A DNA stretch of 64,000 bases from assembly GCA_949295085.1 (NCBI GenBank), contig CASFJS010000004.1:13372-77371 (forward strand), given 5' to 3'. The notes beneath the pieces are model-generated. The model had not been told where the DNA came from. It ran no database searches and saw nothing but the letters and a program-made list of their open reading frames with translations. This DNA is from an uncultured Pseudomonadota bacterium (GTDB lineage: Bacteria > Pseudomonadota > Alphaproteobacteria > RF32 > CAG-239). Shown here piece after piece: positions 1-11,813 of this stretch (its first letter is position 1; each line of letters begins with the position of its first letter). A program made the translations under genes and the position numbers.

Positions 1-6
1 AGTTTT

Positions 7-462
7 TTAATTCGCCTTTTGCCCGTTGCCTTCACGTGCCTTTTTGGCGTTGAACATTGCCATAAAATCAATCGGATTAATCAACAACGGCGGCAGCCCG
101 GCATTGGTTATGGTGGTGGACACAATTTGCCGTGCAAACGGAAACAACATGTGCGGAATCTCAATCATCAAGACCGGTTCGCGATGTTCTTCCGGAATAT
201 TCAATGTTACCACCGCGCCGTAGGACAACTCAAGAATAAAGGCTTTTTCCTGCTCAATATCACCGTTGATACGAATATTTAAAAGCACGCTAAACGTTTT
301 GTCTTCGTCCAACTTTTGCGCTTCAACATTAACCTCAACGTTAACCTGCGGGTTATGTTGCCTCATTTTTTTAAAAATCGCCGGCGCGTGCGGAATTTCC
401 ATCGACATATCTTTAATATACTGGCTTTGCACCATAATTGCCGGTTGTTGCTGTTGTTCCAT
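7..462 (-). CDS. secB: Protein-export chaperone SecB
   Basis: QYIKDMSMEIP and LFPFARQIV..GLPPLLINPIDF motifs; AAGGAG RBS upstream of the ATG at 462. Confidence 0.95.
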   Translation of the reverse strand: MEQQQQPAIMVQSQYIKDMSMEIPHAPAIFKKMRQHNPQVNVEVNVEAQKLDEDKTFSVLLNIRINGDIEQEKAFILELSYGAVVTLNIPEEHREPVLMIEIPHMLFPFARQIVSTTITNAGLPPLLINPIDFMAMFNAKKAREGNGQKAN

Positions 463-598
463 CAATATTTCTCCTTATGCTAAGCTGTTTTATACATTCA
501 TACATTCAAAATTTGTTTAGGTCAAATGATAATAAACAGTTGATAAAAATTTACGATAAAGCTATATTTGTACAGGTATAAGAAAAGAGGTAAAATAA

Positions 599-1273
599 AT
601 GACAAATCTGGATATCATCGTCTTGTTGATTGTTGTGGCGCTTATTTTCCAACGTCTGTGGCGGGTTTTGGGTACACGCCCGGAGGAAGAACCCCGCAAA
701 ATCAGAATGAGCCGCGAAAGCGCCGAAAAACTGTGCAATATCCTGCGGGCCGAGGCCGAACGTAAATTCAAAGAACAGGAAAAAGCGTTCGCCGAACCGC
801 AAGAAATCACACCGGTTGAAACGGCTCCGTTGACCGAAACGGAGGCTGCTTTGCGCCGGATTCCGAACTTCCGTGCAGATGCTTTTATCAACGGCGCCAA
901 AAAGGCATTTCAAGTGATCACCGAGGCCTTTAACAAAGCCGATACCGAGGCGCTCAAAATGCTGGTCAGCAATTCGATTTACAAAAAACTGCAAGAAGTG
1001 ATTCGCCAACGTCAGACCGACAAAATGACCGCCGAAACCGAATTTATCTGTTTTGACAAGGCCGAAATTATTCACGCCAAAATTACCGGCAAAAACAAAG
1101 CCGAAATCAGCGTCGAGTTTGTTACCGAGCAAATTAATGTCTTGCGCGACAAAAATGACAAAGTTGTTCAAGGCGACGAAAACTACATCCAAACCATTAC
1201 CGATATCTGGACCTTTGAGCGCCCGCTGGATGCCAAAACGCTCAACTGGGTGTTGGTATCAACCAAAAAATAA
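599..1273 (+). CDS. Tim44/TimA family protein
   Basis: N-terminal TM then RVLG.R, FINGAKKAF, DIWTFER..NWVL; typical position between secB and mltA. Confidence 0.88.
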   Translation: MTNLDIIVLLIVVALIFQRLWRVLGTRPEEEPRKIRMSRESAEKLCNILRAEAERKFKEQEKAFAEPQEITPVETAPLTETEAALRRIPNFRADAFINGAKKAFQVITEAFNKADTEALKMLVSNSIYKKLQEVIRQRQTDKMTAETEFICFDKAEIIHAKITGKNKAEISVEFVTEQINVLRDKNDKVVQGDENYIQTITDIWTFERPLDAKTLNWVLVSTKK

Positions 1274-2427
1274 TGCGCAAATACGTATTTTTGACATTGC
1301 TGTTGCTTGTTTTGGGCGCCTGCTCGGAGGAAAAAACGCCTCCGGCAGCAATATCTGATTTGCGCCTTGAACCGGTGTCTTTTGCCGACCTAAAAGGCTT
1401 TGAGGCCGATGATATGTCGCCGGCCTATGAGGCTTTTCGCCGCAGCTGTGCCGTCATAGCAGGGCAAAAAGGCGAATTTTTGGGCGGCGGACAGGCCTCA
1501 ATCAAAATCAACCGTCACGACTATTTGGCGGCCTGTGCCGCGGCGGAAAAAATAACTCCGGCCGGATTTAAGGCATTTATCAAACAATATTTTCGTCCGT
1601 ATCGGGTGGTTTACAAAGATTCGTCCGAAGGCAGGTTTACCGCTTATTATGAAGCCGAAATCAAAGCTTCGCTGACGCCCGATTCCCGCTACAAATATCC
1701 GGTTTACGGCCGGCCGGATGATCTGGTTGAGGTTAATCTTAAAGATTTTGATTCTGCCCTGCCGGCAAAAAAAATTATCGGCCGGGTACAAGAAGGCAAA
1801 CTGGTTCCGTACTACACCCGTGCCGAAATCAACCGTCAGGGGGTTAATGCGCCGGTTATTTTGTGGGCCGACAGCGCGGTCGACCTCTATATTATGCAAA
1901 TACAGGGGTCGGCAGTTGCCCTTTTGCCTGACGGACAACGCCTGCGCGTTGCCTTTGCCGAAAGCAACGGCCGGCCTTTCAAGGGTATCGGGTCGATTTT
2001 GCTGCAAAAAGGGCTTTTGGCGCCCGGTCAGGCGTCCATGGGCAGTATCAAAAAATGGCTCAAAGCCAATCCGGCTCTGGCACGACCGAATATGGATGAA
2101 AATCAACGCTATATCTTTCATCGCCTGGGCAATCCGGAGGGACCGGTCGGTGCGCTCGGCGTGCCGCTGACGGCCGGACGTTCGCTGGCGGTTGACAAAT
2201 CTTTTGTGCCGTTGGGGGCATTGCTCTGGCTGGAAACATCCGCCCCTGACAAAAGCCCGCTGAATCGTCTGGTCTTGGCGCAGGATATCGGCGGTGCCAT
2301 CAAAGGCGCGGTGCGCGGCGACTATTTTTGGGGTTCCGGCGGGGATGATGTTCTGGAGCTGGCCGGCAAAATGAATTCGGCCGGACGCTATTTTGTATTA
2401 TTGCCCGCAACACAGGAGATGAAGTAA
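1273..2427 (+). CDS. mltA: Membrane-bound lytic murein transglycosylase A
   Basis: Lipobox LGAC; FTAYYE, QIQGS, RSLAVD, AQDIGGAIKGAVRGDYFWG (3D domain). Confidence 0.93.
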   Translation: MRKYVFLTLLLLVLGACSEEKTPPAAISDLRLEPVSFADLKGFEADDMSPAYEAFRRSCAVIAGQKGEFLGGGQASIKINRHDYLAACAAAEKITPAGFKAFIKQYFRPYRVVYKDSSEGRFTAYYEAEIKASLTPDSRYKYPVYGRPDDLVEVNLKDFDSALPAKKIIGRVQEGKLVPYYTRAEINRQGVNAPVILWADSAVDLYIMQIQGSAVALLPDGQRLRVAFAESNGRPFKGIGSILLQKGLLAPGQASMGSIKKWLKANPALARPNMDENQRYIFHRLGNPEGPVGALGVPLTAGRSLAVDKSFVPLGALLWLETSAPDKSPLNRLVLAQDIGGAIKGAVRGDYFWGSGGDDVLELAGKMNSAGRYFVLLPATQEMK

Positions 2428-2927
2428 TGTCTAAGACAAGCAACAAAGCCGATGATTTAATCTTTAAGGCGCTGCAAAAAGCAGTGGCCGAAGACCGCCT
2501 GCATATCTGCCTGATAAGCGCAAAGATTAATATTCCGGGCTCACCGGTGTATAATCCGTGGGAAGTTTTGCTACCCTCGCTGCTGCCGGTGTTGTTGGGG
2601 TTGTTTCTGATTTGGGCGGCCGGTATTTTGTGGGGGCTGGCGTTTATGATTGCCGGCATTATGTTATCATCCAATCTTGTAAAAAAGGAGCTGGAACAGC
2701 GCTTGTTTGAACGCACCAGAGCCTTGCTGACATCCGATTACGAAAATTGCTGCCGCTTGTGGGCGTTCGGCGGTATTGTTTTGGTTAATGCTGCGGACAA
2801 AAGCCAAGGCTGCGTTGCGCCGGACGGCAATTGGAAAGAATTTGTGGTCCTGCATTTTGCCGACTTGATGATCGATAAAAAAACAGACGAACCAGAGCAA
2901 GAGGCCGTTGATGAAAAAGCTGCTTGA
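2427..2927 (+). CDS. Hypothetical membrane protein
   Basis: 166-aa ORF coupled to mltA with two hydrophobic helices. Confidence 0.65.
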   Translation: MSKTSNKADDLIFKALQKAVAEDRLHICLISAKINIPGSPVYNPWEVLLPSLLPVLLGLFLIWAAGILWGLAFMIAGIMLSSNLVKKELEQRLFERTRALLTSDYENCCRLWAFGGIVLVNAADKSQGCVAPDGNWKEFVVLHFADLMIDKKTDEPEQEAVDEKAA

Positions 2928-3471
2928 AAAACAGCCTGAGGATATCGAATCCTGGCAGGAAGAAATAAGCGGCATACGGCGGTTAAAACAACCGGAAGAA
3001 CGGCCGTCGGCACCGTTGGTGCTGGACGAGGTCAGGCTTTCTCCGCAAATGGAGGGGGTATATAATATCAATTCGTTTACACCGTTGGTTTTGGGTAAAA
3101 CCGATTGTCTGGACCGCAACACGGCCGAAAAATTCCGTAACGGCCGTTTCAAAATTGATGCTAGGCTTGATTTGCACGGCCGCACCGAAAAAGAAGCTTT
3201 TGCCGCCGTGCTTGATTTTATTCGTTACAGTTTTAGCTTAAAACGACGCTGCGTGTTAATCATTACCGGCAAGGGAATAAAAAAAGAAGATGATGTCTGG
3301 TATGAGGCTAAAGGTATTATCCGCGAGGCTCTGCCGGGCTGGCTTAATCATGCCGATATTCGTCCTTTTGTATTGGGTATCACACAGGCTTTGCCGGCCG
3401 ACGGCGGTTCCGGTGCTTTTTATGTTCTGCTTAAAAGACAACGTTTGTCAAACCAAACCCAAAAATTTTAA
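2911..3471 (+). CDS. Smr/MutS2 C-terminal domain protein
   Basis: IDARLDLHG, VLIITGKG, GGSGAFYVLLK. Confidence 0.92.
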   Translation: MKKLLEKQPEDIESWQEEISGIRRLKQPEERPSAPLVLDEVRLSPQMEGVYNINSFTPLVLGKTDCLDRNTAEKFRNGRFKIDARLDLHGRTEKEAFAAVLDFIRYSFSLKRRCVLIITGKGIKKEDDVWYEAKGIIREALPGWLNHADIRPFVLGITQALPADGGSGAFYVLLKRQRLSNQTQKF

Positions 3472-3894
3472 AATAATCCAAATTGCCATAAATTCGAGCA
3501 CGATCATCAGGCGGTACATGTTTTGAAAGCTTTTTTTGGCGGTTTTGTGGCGGAAAATTTTTTGCCCCAGCCGGGCTCCGATCCAGCCGCCCAAAAACTC
3601 CAGCATGTGCAAGTCGTTTTCCGGCACGCGCCAGGCACGGCGGACAGCGGCGTGTTTATCAATGCCGTAAGCGATAAAAGTGGTCAGGTTGATACAAATG
3701 AGGTGAAACATCAAAAACAATAAAATAATTTTGTATGAAAAAATATTTTCAACCCGGAACAAATGATTCTCGGCAAAATAAGCCGCCCCGATAACAAGTG
3801 CCGCATTCAATAAATAAAACCGATTGCGCCGCAGAGGATACACCAAAACGGCCAGTCCCAAAAGAAATATCGTAAAAACCAGTGTCATTGTCAA
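3448..3894 (-). CDS. DUF1294 family membrane protein
   Basis: YGIDK..A...WRVPE..L...GGWIGA..GQKIFRHKTAK. Confidence 0.85.
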   Translation of the reverse strand: MTMTLVFTIFLLGLAVLVYPLRRNRFYLLNAALVIGAAYFAENHLFRVENIFSYKIILLFLMFHLICINLTTFIAYGIDKHAAVRRAWRVPENDLHMLEFLGGWIGARLGQKIFRHKTAKKSFQNMYRLMIVLEFMAIWIILKFLGLV

Positions 3895-4025
3895 AATCTC
3901 ACCGTTGTTGATTTTTATTTCGTAGCCTAAACCAAATGGACCTAAAAAGCAAATAGTGAATAAGTAAAAAATATAATTTTCATTTTACGGCAATGCCGTT
4001 ATAGTTAATACAAACGGCCGCACGG

Positions 4026-4634
4026 ATGGAGAATAAAGTGATGCAAAAACAAATTATAACAGTCATAAGCCTTTTGGTGCTGACAGCCTGTAGCAACCGG
4101 ACATCGACGGTGTTTGATTTTTTCAGCCGGAAAGATACGCCGGCGGATGTTGCTTATGTTGCCGATGAAGCAGGTGAAACAAATAGTCAAATTTCCGGTG
4201 CCGGCTACCATCTGGTAAAACGCGCGGATCGTTACGCCGCGGCAGATTATATCATCTTGCCGCAGGAATATGCCGTTGTGGCAACTCGGGCCGTCAATAA
4301 AATGCTGGCCGATGTTCCGGCAATTTTTGCGGCCGATAAAGATGCTCCGCTGTATATCGAAGACACGAATGTTATTGACCGTTATCTTCCGCAAGGTCGC
4401 GAAATGGCCGGAAAAACAGCCAAAGAAATTTTGATTAACTCGCAAATGTTTAATGTGACGGATGACAAAACATCTGCGGTCTATATTTTGAAAAGCAGTC
4501 TCAACAATACCAACACGCCGGAAGTTCCGGTTTTAATTTACAGACTGGAATTATATGACAAAGACGGCAATTTACAGGGCAGTTGGTGGGATACGCTGCG
4601 GCAGGTGCAAAATGATGATGGAAGCTGGTGGTAA
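4026..4634 (+). CDS. Hypothetical lipoprotein
   Basis: Signal peptide with lipobox LTAC; start may be the ATG at 4041. Confidence 0.7.
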   Translation: MENKVMQKQIITVISLLVLTACSNRTSTVFDFFSRKDTPADVAYVADEAGETNSQISGAGYHLVKRADRYAAADYIILPQEYAVVATRAVNKMLADVPAIFAADKDAPLYIEDTNVIDRYLPQGREMAGKTAKEILINSQMFNVTDDKTSAVYILKSSLNNTNTPEVPVLIYRLELYDKDGNLQGSWWDTLRQVQNDDGSWW

Positions 4635-5663
4635 ATGACAAAAAACAGCTTGTATTTATTACTGGCAGCATTGTTCATAAGTCTTCCGGTTCGGGCGCAG
4701 GTCGGCGACAGCGAAAATGAGATATCCGTTTTTGCTTCCGGCTGTGAAACTTTGATTAATAACGAGAGTAAAGCATCGGCCAGAGTGCGTGCCACCGATA
4801 AGGCATCTTTTAAGGCCGTAGAAGAAATTCCGGAGCTGAGCCGTTTTCGCAGCCGGATGAAAACCCACGATTTTAATATCAAGATTTATCAACTTGTCGA
4901 TAATTATCTGGAAGACTTAAAAATAACGGCGACCAGTCCGAACGATGATCAGGTATGTATTGAGCTCAGCGCATATCTTCCGGCATCGGCCGTTCGGGAA
5001 GTCTTTGCCGAAGAAAGCAATGCTCCGGCAGCGGAAGATATGGCGTTAGAAGTTGAAAATATCGATGATAATGTCAATATTACCGTTCCGCCCAAACCGG
5101 ATATAACAATTAACCGGCAGATAGCTTACGAAAAAGCGGCCGCCGCACCTGTTGAAGCCGTAGAACAGGAACCGTTGCCGGTTGCAGAAAAGGCCGCAAC
5201 GATATCCGAACCGGTGCAAAACAACAAAACAAAAGTTTTTATTGAACAAACAAAATTTTATAACGGAACTTCTACCGGAGGTTTTTTTGCCGAATTAGAA
5301 AAAAATTTGCGGACCAAGCCCGGCGTGGAGGCGGTGACCCGACAAGACAATGCCGATTATGTTTTAGAAACGGAAATCCTGAAAGCCCGGGTTGACAATA
5401 TCAATTCGGAAACACGGCGGCTGCAGATTGTCGTGTCGTTAAAGTTAACCGATGTTGCGGCGGAAAAAACCACAACCGAACATCAAAACCGCTTTATTTT
5501 GTTCAACGCTTCGGATGATGCCCAAACCGTTGCCGCCGATCTGACTCGTAAGCTGTTGTCTGCCGGGGTTTCCAAACTGTTGCCGGATATAAAAACCTTT
5601 GAACAAACCTCCGTCATCACGCCTGATCGTCCTCATTTTCAAGCCAGGCCGGATGCAGCTTGA
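4635..5663 (+). CDS. Hypothetical exported protein
   Basis: Signal peptide; adjacent to upstream lipoprotein; Ala/Glu/Pro linker between two domains. Confidence 0.7.
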   Translation: MTKNSLYLLLAALFISLPVRAQVGDSENEISVFASGCETLINNESKASARVRATDKASFKAVEEIPELSRFRSRMKTHDFNIKIYQLVDNYLEDLKITATSPNDDQVCIELSAYLPASAVREVFAEESNAPAAEDMALEVENIDDNVNITVPPKPDITINRQIAYEKAAAAPVEAVEQEPLPVAEKAATISEPVQNNKTKVFIEQTKFYNGTSTGGFFAELEKNLRTKPGVEAVTRQDNADYVLETEILKARVDNINSETRRLQIVVSLKLTDVAAEKTTTEHQNRFILFNASDDAQTVAADLTRKLLSAGVSKLLPDIKTFEQTSVITPDRPHFQARPDAA

Positions 5664-6384
5664 TGTTAAACATCCTGAAAAACAAATCATCCAGCGGCGG
5701 TTGCTGCATACTTAAAAAATAGCCGTTGATTTTTTCCAGAAGTTGTTCCTGCATAGCCGCATTTTGCGGAACATCAAGTGAGGTGTAAAGCAGCAGCTCA
5801 ACACCTTCGCCTTCATGTAAGGCATATTCCCAGGCACATAAACAGTTTTTCAAATTATCCGTCATAATTTTAATAACGGCTCGGTAATCCTTTACGGACA
5901 TGTTTAAGGCATGTTCGGCGGCAAAGTCAAACAGAGGCCGTTCCTGTTCATAAACTTCCGGATATTCGCCAATTTGTTTAAGCAGGGATAATTGTCCCGA
6001 TAACAAAGCATATTTTACCATAACCATATAAAAGGACTGTAAATTATCACGTATGTGATTCAATCTGTCCTGCAGCAAAATACCGGCTTTTTCAACTTCG
6101 CCGAGGTTGAGCAGGTTATCACAATAAATGAGCTCAAAAAATGAAGATAATTCACCGCCCAGGCTCCATATTTTGTTACTGAGAGCCAAAGCATTTGAAG
6201 GGTTGCCGAGCATAATATTAACCAACATCAAGCCAATAAGAGCATTAATGGAATCAGGACATTGCCGGTAAATTTCTTTCAATTTTTGTTCGGCGGGCAA
6301 AATATCAAAAGTTTGTGAGAACGGATATTCCAGCAACTCGTCAATGATAAGACGTGCTTGCTTGCGGGCTTCTTCTTTTTCCAT
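5617..6384 (-). CDS. Hypothetical helical (TPR-like) protein
   Basis: 255-aa ORF after dtd with AGGAG RBS. Confidence 0.65.
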   Translation of the reverse strand: MEKEEARKQARLIIDELLEYPFSQTFDILPAEQKLKEIYRQCPDSINALIGLMLVNIMLGNPSNALALSNKIWSLGGELSSFFELIYCDNLLNLGEVEKAGILLQDRLNHIRDNLQSFYMVMVKYALLSGQLSLLKQIGEYPEVYEQERPLFDFAAEHALNMSVKDYRAVIKIMTDNLKNCLCAWEYALHEGEGVELLLYTSLDVPQNAAMQEQLLEKINGYFLSMQQPPLDDLFFRMFNIKLHPAWLENEDDQA

Positions 6385-6387
6385 GTT

Positions 6388-6828
6388 TTATCTCCTTTCC
6401 AGCATAAAGGTAACCGGCCCGTCATTCACCAGGCTGACCAGCATTTCCGCCTGAAAAACACCGCACCGGACATCAATCCCGTAGCCTCTCAGGCAGGATA
6501 CAAAATATTCATAAAGCGGTTTGGCGTCTTCGGGACGGGCCGCGGTTTCAAATCCCGGTCGATTGCCGCGCGAGGTGTCTCCGGCCAACGTAAATTGTGA
6601 TACCGCCAAAATTTGTCCGCCGACCTCCAAAACGGACAAATTCATTTTACCTTGAGCGTCTTCAAATATTCTCAAATGAGCAGTCTTTTTGGCCAGATAA
6701 TCGGCAACTTCCGTTGTATCACCGCGTTCAATGCCGATTAAAAGCAAAAATCCTTTATGGATAGCCGCGACTTCCGAGCCGTTGACGACAACATTGGCCT
6801 GCGTAACACGTTGAATAAGTACTTTCAT
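6388..6828 (-). CDS. dtd: D-aminoacyl-tRNA deacylase
   Basis: MKVLIQRV, SQFTL, GNRPGF, NDGPVT. Confidence 0.96.
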   Translation of the reverse strand: MKVLIQRVTQANVVVNGSEVAAIHKGFLLLIGIERGDTTEVADYLAKKTAHLRIFEDAQGKMNLSVLEVGGQILAVSQFTLAGDTSRGNRPGFETAARPEDAKPLYEYFVSCLRGYGIDVRCGVFQAEMLVSLVNDGPVTFMLERR

Positions 6829-6839
6829 TTTCGTTTCTT

Positions 6840-8063
6840 TCAATAAAATAAATATGCCAAAACAATTGCCGCGCCGATTCCGGCAAAATCAGACAACAAA
6901 GCCAACGGAAGAGCCGCACCGGTTTTGCTGATTTTAACCGCGCCGAAGTAAACCGCCAGCACATAAAAAGTTGTTTCGGTTGACCCCTGAATGATGGAGG
7001 CGGTAAACCCGGCAAAGCTGTCAACGCCATAGGTCGAAAAGGTGTCCAGCATCATGGCGCGAGCGCCGCTGCCGGATAGGGGTTTCATCAAGGCTGTCGG
7101 CAAAGCGGCAACAAAATCCGTGTTAATATGAAGCCTCTCAAAGCACCAGGCAATCCCGGAACAAATATAATCCAATCCGCCGGCGGTTCGAAAAACGCCG
7201 ATAGCAACCAGCATCGCCACAAGATAGGGAATAATCTGCATCGCAATTTTGAATCCGTCCCTGGCTCCCTCAATAAAAGTTTCATAAACATCAATTTTTT
7301 TAATCAGACCCGAAACAATAAATCCGAGCACCAAAGCAAACAAAATCAAATTGCTGATACAATAAGATACCCGTGTCCGGGCTGCCTCGTCCAGAGCGGC
7401 AAATCCGAAAGCCACAGCCGCAACAAACAAAATGCCGCCGCCGAGATAAGCCAACACCACCCGGTTGAAGATATTAATTCGTTGCCACAAAAGCGTTGCC
7501 AAAAAGCCGGTCAGGGTTGATACGGATGTTGCCAGCAAAATCGGAATAAAAACGGCCGCCGGATTTGTCGAGCCCATCTGGTAACGATACATCAAAATAG
7601 TAATGGGAATGAGTGTTACCGAAGACGAGTTGATAACCATAAACAGTATTTGTGCATCAGAGGCTTTGTCTTTGTGCGGGTTAACCTGTTGCAGTTGTTC
7701 CATGGCTTTGAGCCCCATCGGCGTTGCGGCGTTGTCCAGTCCCAAGACATTGGCGGCAATATTCATCATCATTGATCCAAAGGCCGGCGATTTTTTGGGA
7801 ATATCGGGCATAATACGATAAAACAGGGGGTAAAGCGCTTTTGCCAACAAACCGGTCAGTCCGGATCTTTCGGCGATTTTCATACATCCGAGCCAAAAGC
7901 ATAAAATGCCGGTTAAATTAAGAGCGATTTTAAAACCGTTGTTAGCACTGGCAAACAGACTGTTAACCAATTCCGGCCATATTTCCCAGTTGCCGGTTAT
8001 CGATTGCCAGACAGCCGTCAGCCCGGCCAAAATAAAAAATGCGGCCCAGATAATATTCAACAT
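6840..8063 (-). CDS. Fused SpmA/SpmB nucleoside-recognition (Gate) membrane protein
   Basis: ANVLGLDNAATPMGLKAM, KPLSGSGA, QGSTETTFYVLAVYFG. Confidence 0.9.
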   Translation of the reverse strand: MLNIIWAAFFILAGLTAVWQSITGNWEIWPELVNSLFASANNGFKIALNLTGILCFWLGCMKIAERSGLTGLLAKALYPLFYRIMPDIPKKSPAFGSMMMNIAANVLGLDNAATPMGLKAMEQLQQVNPHKDKASDAQILFMVINSSSVTLIPITILMYRYQMGSTNPAAVFIPILLATSVSTLTGFLATLLWQRINIFNRVVLAYLGGGILFVAAVAFGFAALDEAARTRVSYCISNLILFALVLGFIVSGLIKKIDVYETFIEGARDGFKIAMQIIPYLVAMLVAIGVFRTAGGLDYICSGIAWCFERLHINTDFVAALPTALMKPLSGSGARAMMLDTFSTYGVDSFAGFTASIIQGSTETTFYVLAVYFGAVKISKTGAALPLALLSDFAGIGAAIVLAYLFY

Positions 8064-8159
8064 ATTTTATATTCCAGTACTGCCGTCAAAAGTTTGAAAT
8101 ACAAAAAACCCCTTTGTTAAACAACAAAAGGATTTTAACAACAGCGGCTTAAAATTTAT

Positions 8160-9074
8160 TTAAGAAGACTTTTCCGAACGTGAATTTTTCAATTTCGTCA
8201 GTTTATCGCTGACCATGGCCGTATCGCGTCCGGCTTTGGCCAGACGGTCATACATACGGGCAATTTCTTTTTCCAGATAGGCCTTTTCTATTTCATCATG
8301 CAGAGTGCGTTTCTGTTCCATTGAGCCGTTTTGCTCAATTTCCTGCATCTCATTGATCAGGTGTTCGACCCAGATTTTGCCGATTTTCTTTTTAATAAAA
8401 TAAGGCAATTCATAAGCCAGTTGACGTGCATGATAATAAGCCTCTTTAAAGCTCTCGCAGTCATTGTAGCGCAGTTTCAAAAGACGAAAGGCAATTTCAA
8501 GCTCCTCATTATTATCCACTACAATAAACGGCACCGGCTGAGCAAACCCCGATTTTACCATATCTTTAAGATACTCGAGAATATGGTAAAAGAATCCGTT
8601 GATGTTATAAACAATAAAAGGCTTGGTCTTGATAAAGCCGTCTTGCATGGCCACACAATCGTAAGCCAGCTCGTCAAGTGTGCCGACCCCGCCGGGGGCA
8701 AACACGATAATATCGGCATCAAACAGCTTTTTTTTGCGGTTTTCGATTGTATCGGTCAAAACGACATCGGTCACTTTTTCCAACAGAGCGTCTTTTTCAT
8801 AAAGGTCATAATACTCCTGCGTGGTAATACCGACAATCGGGCTGACGGCGTCATAAAGATCCTTATGCGTTTCCCATTCATCCAAAACACCTTTGGCCAC
8901 AGCCCCCATTACGCCGGAATTAGAAAATCCGTAGTCCAGCCTAAAGCCGAGCTTGGCAATAAGTCGTCCCATTTGATAGGTCTCTTGCTCATAAATCGGA
9001 TCATTACCCGATGAATGTCCGCCGGAAACACAAACACGCAAATTTGTTTTAATCGCACCACAATTATCCGTCAT
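8160..9074 (-). CDS. LOG family nucleotide phosphoribohydrolase with C-terminal helical extension
   Basis: GVMGAVAKG, RKKKL, APGGVGTLDEL. Confidence 0.82.
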   Translation of the reverse strand: MTDNCGAIKTNLRVCVSGGHSSGNDPIYEQETYQMGRLIAKLGFRLDYGFSNSGVMGAVAKGVLDEWETHKDLYDAVSPIVGITTQEYYDLYEKDALLEKVTDVVLTDTIENRKKKLFDADIIVFAPGGVGTLDELAYDCVAMQDGFIKTKPFIVYNINGFFYHILEYLKDMVKSGFAQPVPFIVVDNNEELEIAFRLLKLRYNDCESFKEAYYHARQLAYELPYFIKKKIGKIWVEHLINEMQEIEQNGSMEQKRTLHDEIEKAYLEKEIARMYDRLAKAGRDTAMVSDKLTKLKNSRSEKSS

Positions 9075-9077
9075 GTC

Positions 9078-10214
<1,137 letters not shown>

Positions 10215-10270
10215 TCATTTTCCATTACTGCGGATAATGCCCCAGAACAAACGGAAAAGCAAGTTTTTAA

Positions 10271-10984
10271 TTAGTCGGTGTCATCAGAGGTATCGGCTTG
10301 CGGATTGATATCAATGGCATATCCGGTTGCGCGAACCGTGCGGATATAGTCCTGTCCGTATTGGTTAAGCGCACGCCGCAGCCGGCGGATATGGACATCT
10401 ACCGTGCGTGATTCAACATAAATATTATTTCCCCAGACATTTTTAAGCAAAAACTCGCGTGAAAAAACTTTGCCGGGGTTTTCCATCAGCATTTTAAGCA
10501 ATCGAAATTCGGTTGGCCCGAGATGAATATAAGTATCGCCGCGAAAAACTTTTTTCTCGATTAAATCCATGCGGATATCTTCAAAGACGAGTTCCGCTTC
10601 GGTTTGCGGTTCCGGCGCCCGCCTGAGTTGGCTTTTGACTCGCGCCATCAATTCCGGCACGGAAAAAGGCTTGGTTACATAATCATCGGCGCCGGCATCG
10701 AGCCCCCTGACTTTGTCCTCTTCCTCGCCTTTGGCGGTCAGCATAATAATCGGAATATTTTTGATATCCGGCTTGGAGCGGATAAGCTTGCAAATTTCAA
10801 CACCGGAAATTTCAGGCAACATCCAGTCCAAAAGAATAACCGACGGCTGATATTTTTCCGCATCGGCAATGGCCCGGCTGCCGCGCGATTGCACCAAAAC
10901 ATCATAGCCTTCTTTTTCCAGATTATATTTTAACATCAAGCCGATGGCTTCTTCATCTTCAACCACCATGATTAAATTTTTCAT
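10271..10984 (-). CDS. phoB: Phosphate regulon response regulator PhoB-like
   Basis: LLDWMLP, HLGPTEFRLL, VWG..IYVE.RTVDVHIRRLRRAL. Confidence 0.85.
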   Translation of the reverse strand: MKNLIMVVEDEEAIGLMLKYNLEKEGYDVLVQSRGSRAIADAEKYQPSVILLDWMLPEISGVEICKLIRSKPDIKNIPIIMLTAKGEEEDKVRGLDAGADDYVTKPFSVPELMARVKSQLRRAPEPQTEAELVFEDIRMDLIEKKVFRGDTYIHLGPTEFRLLKMLMENPGKVFSREFLLKNVWGNNIYVESRTVDVHIRRLRRALNQYGQDYIRTVRATGYAIDINPQADTSDDTD

Positions 10985-11047
10985 CAGGCCTCTCCTTGAA
11001 TGCAGAGTACACTTTCATAGCCTAACCCTATATCGGGCAGGTTAAAA

Positions 11048-11683
11048 TTATCTTAAGGCTTTAATATTTTTGGCAAGTTCTCCGCCGGCAAATACGGCCG
11101 TTCCGGCCACCAGCATATCGGCACCGGCAGCGGCGGCTTCGGCGGCCGTCATCGGATTAATACCGCCGTCAACACTCAGGGTAATGTCACGGGAGCCGAT
11201 AAGCTTGCGTATTTTAGCGATTTTGGGCAGTTGGTTATCCATAAATTTTTGGCCGCCGAATCCGGGGTTGACCGTCATGACCAAAACCAAATCAAGCCGA
11301 TCCAGAACATATTCCAAAACCGTCTCCGGAGTCGACGGGTTGAGTGCAATGCCGGCCTTAAGCCCCAGTGAGTGAATGGCATCAAGCGTCTTGTCCAGAT
11401 GCGGGCATACCTCCGCATGGACGGTCAGCATATCCGCACCGGCCAAAGCAAACCATTCCAGCATTTCATCGGGGGCTTGGACCATCAGGTGTGCATCAAA
11501 CGGCAGCTTGGTATAAGGTCGTATGGCTTTAACCACACAAGGGCCGAAAGTCAGGTTTGGTACAAAATGACCATCCATCACATCCAGGTGAATGGCATCG
11601 GCGCCGGCCTCATCCAGTCGGATAATCTCATTTTTTAAATCGGCAAAATCGGCAGACAAAAGACTCGGGGCAATCTTAACCAT
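11048..11683 (-). CDS. rpe: Ribulose-phosphate 3-epimerase
   Basis: IAPSLLSADF, HLDVMDGHFVPNLTFG, MTVNPGFGGQ, VDGGI. Confidence 0.97.
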   Translation of the reverse strand: MVKIAPSLLSADFADLKNEIIRLDEAGADAIHLDVMDGHFVPNLTFGPCVVKAIRPYTKLPFDAHLMVQAPDEMLEWFALAGADMLTVHAEVCPHLDKTLDAIHSLGLKAGIALNPSTPETVLEYVLDRLDLVLVMTVNPGFGGQKFMDNQLPKIAKIRKLIGSRDITLSVDGGINPMTAAEAAAAGADMLVAGTAVFAGGELAKNIKALR

Positions 11684-11813
11684 GTTTTTCCTCCGTTTGA
11701 TAATGTTCGTAAAATCAGCATAACGGTAAAAATAAGCAAAAGCAACCTTGTTTTACAGCCGATAATGATTATTTGGTTCTGCTGATAACCGTTAATTTGT
11801 AAGGAGAAAAACA

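Noticed and set aside
10271..10984. phoB without adjacent phoR or pst genes
   Set aside because: Partners may be elsewhere; cannot be judged from this window.
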